Part shown: piece after piece, positions 60,901 through 64,000 of the stretch
How the letters are laid out: each line of letters begins with the position of its first letter
How positions within the stretch are numbered: the stretch's first letter is position 1
Virus record (IMG/VR): IMGVR_UViG_3300020411_004289
Coordinates: 1-64,000 of that record
Direction: 5' to 3' (one strand)
DNA: 64,000 nucleotides
DNA from: a virus
The notes under the pieces: generated by a model
Told to the model about the DNA's origin: nothing
The model's input: only the letters and a program-made list of their open reading frames with translations
The model's database searches: none
Translations under genes and position numbers: made by a program

Positions 60901-61562
60901 TGTCTTCTGTGAATAACAAATCCGCGATGTTAAAAATGCTTAGTAACGAAGTTGAGTCTTTTTTACTAAAACAAACATTTGAAATTCTAGAAGGTTTCTC
61001 ACTTTTTGAAGAAAAGATTCAATTCAACAATCTTTCTTCTAGAGGGGTTCCGGCAAAGGCTTTGACAGAAACTTTAGTAAAATCAATGAACCTAGATGAA
61101 AATGTGCCCTTGTTTTTCTTTGAGCCTGTCAAGTCTTCTGATTTAAGTAATTCAAAAAAAGATCCTGTGCAAGGATGGCGTCTGCCAGGTGAAGAAAGAA
61201 TATCAAAAATGATCCAACCTCAAACTCTGATTGTAAGCGGTATTGATGCTTGGAAAAAACCAATATCGACACCAACGCAAATAGATACAATATTTGATCT
61301 GTTTACGACAAAACCATTTTATGTAGACAGAGTCAGAGAAACCATTCTAACTAGATCAATTTTTGACAAAGTATATGCTATCATGATTGATCTAGACAGT
61401 TTTAATTTTGACAAAGACTTTAACAACACACTGCTTAAACAAAATGATCTCGGTATGGGTATCACTTTAAAAGATGCTGATGCATATATAAAAAATTCAC
61501 TGTCTCCCGATCGTTTAAAAATTGAATCACTGTACATAACAGCAGAAATAGAAGGTGACTAA
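57921..61562 (+). CDS. Large helical hypothetical protein (1213 aa), probably virion-associated
   Basis: Long ORF in the structural operon; acidic, helical composition; no motif recognised. Confidence 0.5.
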   Translation: MGIKTAKEKLLTFATQFDPDIVGVGKTPPVVEAPEPEGDLLLSAVPTNKNNAAALTLEKGTLQNLKIEKKRVVPFVTSHVFNHDVSGLLDMLTARQLEKQLDDILLESLYEAAKIDENDAAFIVETLENIDSDLETMDTLLAALKSMQDAISDADSAFDKEVQVENITEEFNKSLQEAKLDETTYDADSSEGDFLATLADLTALSPEALSEMTLTGCFIQALADAEWSLRAGVSPTFFLQKGERNLAANAKPPRGFSRPGPAVKSGVGKTIKTLEGIGIGDDSTYDGIFNTTAVAKPPKYSSLDPFKRVAYLCSLLSREYLLSAGLGSQIGTEAGQAFGASSDPMAKIFGTSNISHVKNDQSVSDSLSDFAVVGEDASIKRKSSSKRVMMLEASWNENTNPDLWTTAKKEWLDSVKEDPLKNKADLFDQVITQATNRFVDAEAFLNSILAKDSELSLLTPTGLFSRVIKDFATLMQGLTVEAAEDVRLKNACELMLLSESAASGTYGFKLKRRMLIFAARLANLKKKGLSEEERDNFVRLTAREFSNKFESDITELKTDKDQVAFNLMSIWAGRTFKILENDVRIQGQQIIDAVVDNEESDGLNSLIVGIYEDLQKEAMVVAKANDESKSFMREGNTTRYSGFDGAITLSFIYECFALLASNFTTADIELQGMAKVHLMSYDPPPTTGAIRGEDKDKLKKATKEFMRQEQSVRFNGGTPDSLVNKTRRFLLEIATALDTGDFSNLLDSSGDVIAVEGLNESSDLGKNIFVSQVIDTCLDLSKDGDIPTKLFIIAKSMISNLRNTTKALCQRGAALKGNTQNIPDDIAVLKILGETKLGKDFIEGLTPSQLKYANKRSAILAESKDAPYILDSKPSALFKAIKMLFEKKKGEFSHSAVLFLGLPAGSLSEELSSSGRSEENARLSLKVDKVDELIGLPDYEEQDYKFSLKYSITSQSIVDAFDAEVAPTTFDALITLLNYDAVGEDEPILGSDILSSVNNKSAMLKMLSNEVESFLLKQTFEILEGFSLFEEKIQFNNLSSRGVPAKALTETLVKSMNLDENVPLFFFEPVKSSDLSNSKKDPVQGWRLPGEERISKMIQPQTLIVSGIDAWKKPISTPTQIDTIFDLFTTKPFYVDRVRETILTRSIFDKVYAIMIDLDSFNFDKDFNNTLLKQNDLGMGITLKDADAYIKNSLSPDRLKIESLYITAEIEGD

Positions 61563-63349
61563 TGGCGTTATTAGATAGCAGATATATTGGAATGGTAGAC
61601 ATTCCTGAGTCTAGAGAAATAACTGCACGTTTTGTATATAACTTTTTTGAACCTGACGAAAGAACCGATCGTTCCGGAAAACCCAGGTTTCATGGAATAA
61701 AAAATAATCAAACACAAAAACTAATAGACACTAGAATCATGGAGACTCGTTTACCAAGATTCATAGAGATTAACTTTGATCCTGTGGACTGTGGCAGTGC
61801 AAACATAAATGATCTAGGCGATCAGCCGTCAGTATTGACAGACCCGGCTGTAAAAGGAAAAACATGTAATGAGGAAAGCCTTACGACGTCAAGAGATACT
61901 TTGTACAGATATACAGACGGTTCTTTAAGAAAAAGACTGACTGACAAGGCGCGACAGGTTGCAAATATGCTAGGCGCAGAAAGCAGCAATGTTCGAGAGC
62001 AAATAAATGTGATTAAAGAAAAGAACGATGAAATTTCTGCAAACCACTTAGAGTCTATTTTAAGTCCTGAAAATACCCCGGGTGTGGAGTATGTAAATGA
62101 TGTGGGAGATATCTCAGAACCGAAAGTATTTGAGCTAGCCTCGTCCTTAAAATTAGACTCTTTTTTGGATAGGCGACTGCTGAGATCTTCCTTGGCGGGA
62201 AACTTTACACATGAAAGCGTTCTCAAGACACACAATGCAAAAATTGCTGAAAAAGATGCGATTAGTTTTTTACCAAACTGCCCAAATGATTCGGGCAAAG
62301 ATTCGTTTGAACCTACCTTTGAAGTAATAAGAATGAAAAAAGTAGGAAAACCATCTGATCTCATAAAGACAGTTACTGTAGGTTATATCATTGAAAGACA
62401 TGAAGTAGATGCATTTGGTAACTTTATTGATACAAAAAAGTTTCTACTTGACGGTGCTGGTTCTACAAGCTTTATAGATACACAAATAGTATACGGAAGT
62501 TCTTATACATACACAGTTAGGACTGTTGCTTTGATAGAGAGCACTATTGAAAAAAGAACAAAAACGTCATCGGGATATAAAAATGCATACTATGAAGCAT
62601 GGAGCTTAGTTTCGTCTAGGCCGTCTAAAAAAGCATTCGTCAAATCAATTGAACATCGCCCACCTCTAGAGCCCGACGGTGTGTTTTATCGATACAATTA
62701 TGATGACGGTAGAGGCTTGGTTATTAGATGGCAAATTCCAGTAGGGAAACAAAGAGACGTAAAATATTTTCAAATATTTCGGAGAAAAACTATATACGAT
62801 CCATTTCAGTGCATAGCTGAGATTGACTTTGACGACTCTACAATAAAAACCACTAGAAGAGAAATGGTTGATAGTAGCAATATTTTTAAGTTCAAGGCTC
62901 CTACTACCACATGGATCGACCATGAGTTCAATAGAGACAGTTCTTATATCTATGCAGTCGTAGCTTTGGATGCCCATGGTCTAACTTCAGGATATAGCGC
63001 ACAGACACTAGTAACTTTTAACGGACCCAAAAACACGATAGACTTAAAAAATATCTCTAGGCCTGGCGCGCCAAAACAATATCCTAACTTTTATATAGAC
63101 CCAGACTTAGATGATAATATATTTGTCGACAGCCTTACACAGGATGCAATGCTATCCAGTCATAAAAGAAAAATTAAAATTTACTTCGATCCAGACACAG
63201 TAGAATATACTAGTAGCAATGGAAATACCGGAAAAATAGTTAAGACAAAAAATAACGACAAAGGACTATATAAGATACACTTACTAAACATCGACAGACA
63301 AAAGTCGTCCGTCGTTGAACTAGAGATAGAGAATCTAGGCTCTGCTTAA
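61562..63349 (+). CDS. Protein with tandem FN3-like domains
   Basis: GYIIER...FIDTQIVYGSSYTYTVR; LVIRWQ...YFQIFRR...WID...YIYAVVALDAHGLTSGYS. Confidence 0.65.
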   Translation: MALLDSRYIGMVDIPESREITARFVYNFFEPDERTDRSGKPRFHGIKNNQTQKLIDTRIMETRLPRFIEINFDPVDCGSANINDLGDQPSVLTDPAVKGKTCNEESLTTSRDTLYRYTDGSLRKRLTDKARQVANMLGAESSNVREQINVIKEKNDEISANHLESILSPENTPGVEYVNDVGDISEPKVFELASSLKLDSFLDRRLLRSSLAGNFTHESVLKTHNAKIAEKDAISFLPNCPNDSGKDSFEPTFEVIRMKKVGKPSDLIKTVTVGYIIERHEVDAFGNFIDTKKFLLDGAGSTSFIDTQIVYGSSYTYTVRTVALIESTIEKRTKTSSGYKNAYYEAWSLVSSRPSKKAFVKSIEHRPPLEPDGVFYRYNYDDGRGLVIRWQIPVGKQRDVKYFQIFRRKTIYDPFQCIAEIDFDDSTIKTTRREMVDSSNIFKFKAPTTTWIDHEFNRDSSYIYAVVALDAHGLTSGYSAQTLVTFNGPKNTIDLKNISRPGAPKQYPNFYIDPDLDDNIFVDSLTQDAMLSSHKRKIKIYFDPDTVEYTSSNGNTGKIVKTKNNDKGLYKIHLLNIDRQKSSVVELEIENLGSA

Positions 63350-63379
63350 AATGCAATTTACGGCGAGCGATGTAAGCGT

Positions 63380-63386
63380 ATATTTA
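63380..63386 (+). promoter_or_regulatory. Candidate late promoter motif ATATTTA
   Basis: Upstream of the GAGGTG RBS and ATG 63403. Confidence 0.5.
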
Positions 63387-63402
63387 ACAGCAGAGGTGAG
63401 CT

Positions 63403-64000
63403 ATGGGATTTTTAGACCATTCAACAAATAATATAATAATCGACGCAGTCCTGACAGATACAGGGCGAAAAATGTTAGCTGATAACAGAGGAAGATTTAA
63501 AATCGCATTCTTTTCTCTTTCAGACGATGAAGTAGACTATCAAATCATTGAAAAGTTTGGTAGAGCTGTGGGTAAAGAAAAGATATCTAAAAACACACCT
63601 ATCTTTGAAGCACAGACAAAAGCTAGTTTGGCATTGAAACACAGACTTCTTACTCTACCAGACCCAACTGTAATTAGGCTTCCTAGTTTGTCACTGTCAT
63701 CGACTAACCTTTCTAGTAATTTGTTGACGTTTAATACGTCAACATCATCCACAAATACTGTAAGTGTAGAACAGGTAATTGAAGGCGAGACTATGATACC
63801 TGACGGTGTTTCAGATACGACATTTACAATTTTGGTACCAGATAGATTTCTATCTGTGCAAGGAAGATCAGAAATATCAGTTGAATCAACTACAAGAATT
63901 GCATCTTATAGCATTACAAGATCTGATACTAATAGTAAAAACGGCGCAAAGGCAGATTTTACATTGATAATTCAGCCAGGCCTGGACGATACGATGTTCA
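63403..64000 (+). CDS. Structural protein, 3'-truncated by window edge (absent from the ORF track)
   Basis: GAGGTG RBS; reads MGFLDHSTNNIIIDAVLTDTGRKMLADNRGRFKIAFFSLSDDEVDY... and stays open to the window end. Confidence 0.75.
   Translation, partial: MGFLDHSTNNIIIDAVLTDTGRKMLADNRGRFKIAFFSLSDDEVDYQIIEKFGRAVGKEKISKNTPIFEAQTKASLALKHRLLTLPDPTVIRLPSLSLSSTNLSSNLLTFNTSTSSTNTVSVEQVIEGETMIPDGVSDTTFTILVPDRFLSVQGRSEISVESTTRIASYSITRSDTNSKNGAKADFTLIIQPGLDDTMF

Noticed and set aside
945-63752. Minus-strand and nested alternative-frame ORFs in the track (e.g. 2583..3167, 6103..6702, 37860..38498, 61822..62364, 63540..63752)
   Set aside because: All overlap longer + strand genes with recognisable motifs or coherent operon context, and read as antisense shadows.
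1-64000. Stop-codon reassignment, as in some large phages
   Set aside because: Coding density is near complete in code 11, and TAG, TGA and TAA all end genes right at the next gene's start.
1-64000. Eukaryotic giant virus origin, suggested by the many glycosylation genes
   Set aside because: SD motifs, coupled operons, an intrinsic terminator, a sigma factor and gp25/gp6-like baseplate genes indicate a bacteriophage.
1-64000. tRNA, rRNA, introns or inteins
   Set aside because: Intergenic gaps are short with no cloverleaf seen, and no intein or homing-endonuclease motifs were noticed. A covariance search was not possible.

Overview
The window is a gene-dense segment, entirely on the + strand and in standard genetic code, most consistent with a large contractile-tailed bacteriophage. 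It has three blocks. (1) 1-9334: Gly/Ser/Thr-rich virion and tail-fibre-like genes. (2) 9558-34986: a ~25 kb, mostly translationally coupled glycan-modification island. It holds about nine glycosyltransferase-like genes, three SAM methyltransferases, nucleotide-sugar enzymes, three nucleotidyltransferase domains and a sulfatase-fold protein. It also holds a contiguous phosphonate cassette: cytidylyltransferase-PEP mutase fusion, split phosphonopyruvate decarboxylase, Fe-alcohol dehydrogenase and B12-dependent radical SAM enzyme. That is the domain series of fosfomycin Fom1-Fom2-FomC-Fom3, but no recognisable epoxidase or resistance gene is present. (3) 35288-64000: a gp55-like sigma factor, then baseplate genes (spike, gp25-like, gp6/J-like, gpI-like with LamG) and further large structural proteins. 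Main hypothesis (inference): the phage makes CMP-activated hydroxyalkylphosphonate and builds a phosphonoglycan coat on its own virion. The [S/T]-G-S tripeptides that recur through the structural proteins are candidate attachment sites. A candidate late promoter, ATA(G/T)TTA, precedes six structural transcription units. All family calls come from motif recognition by eye; no database searches were run.
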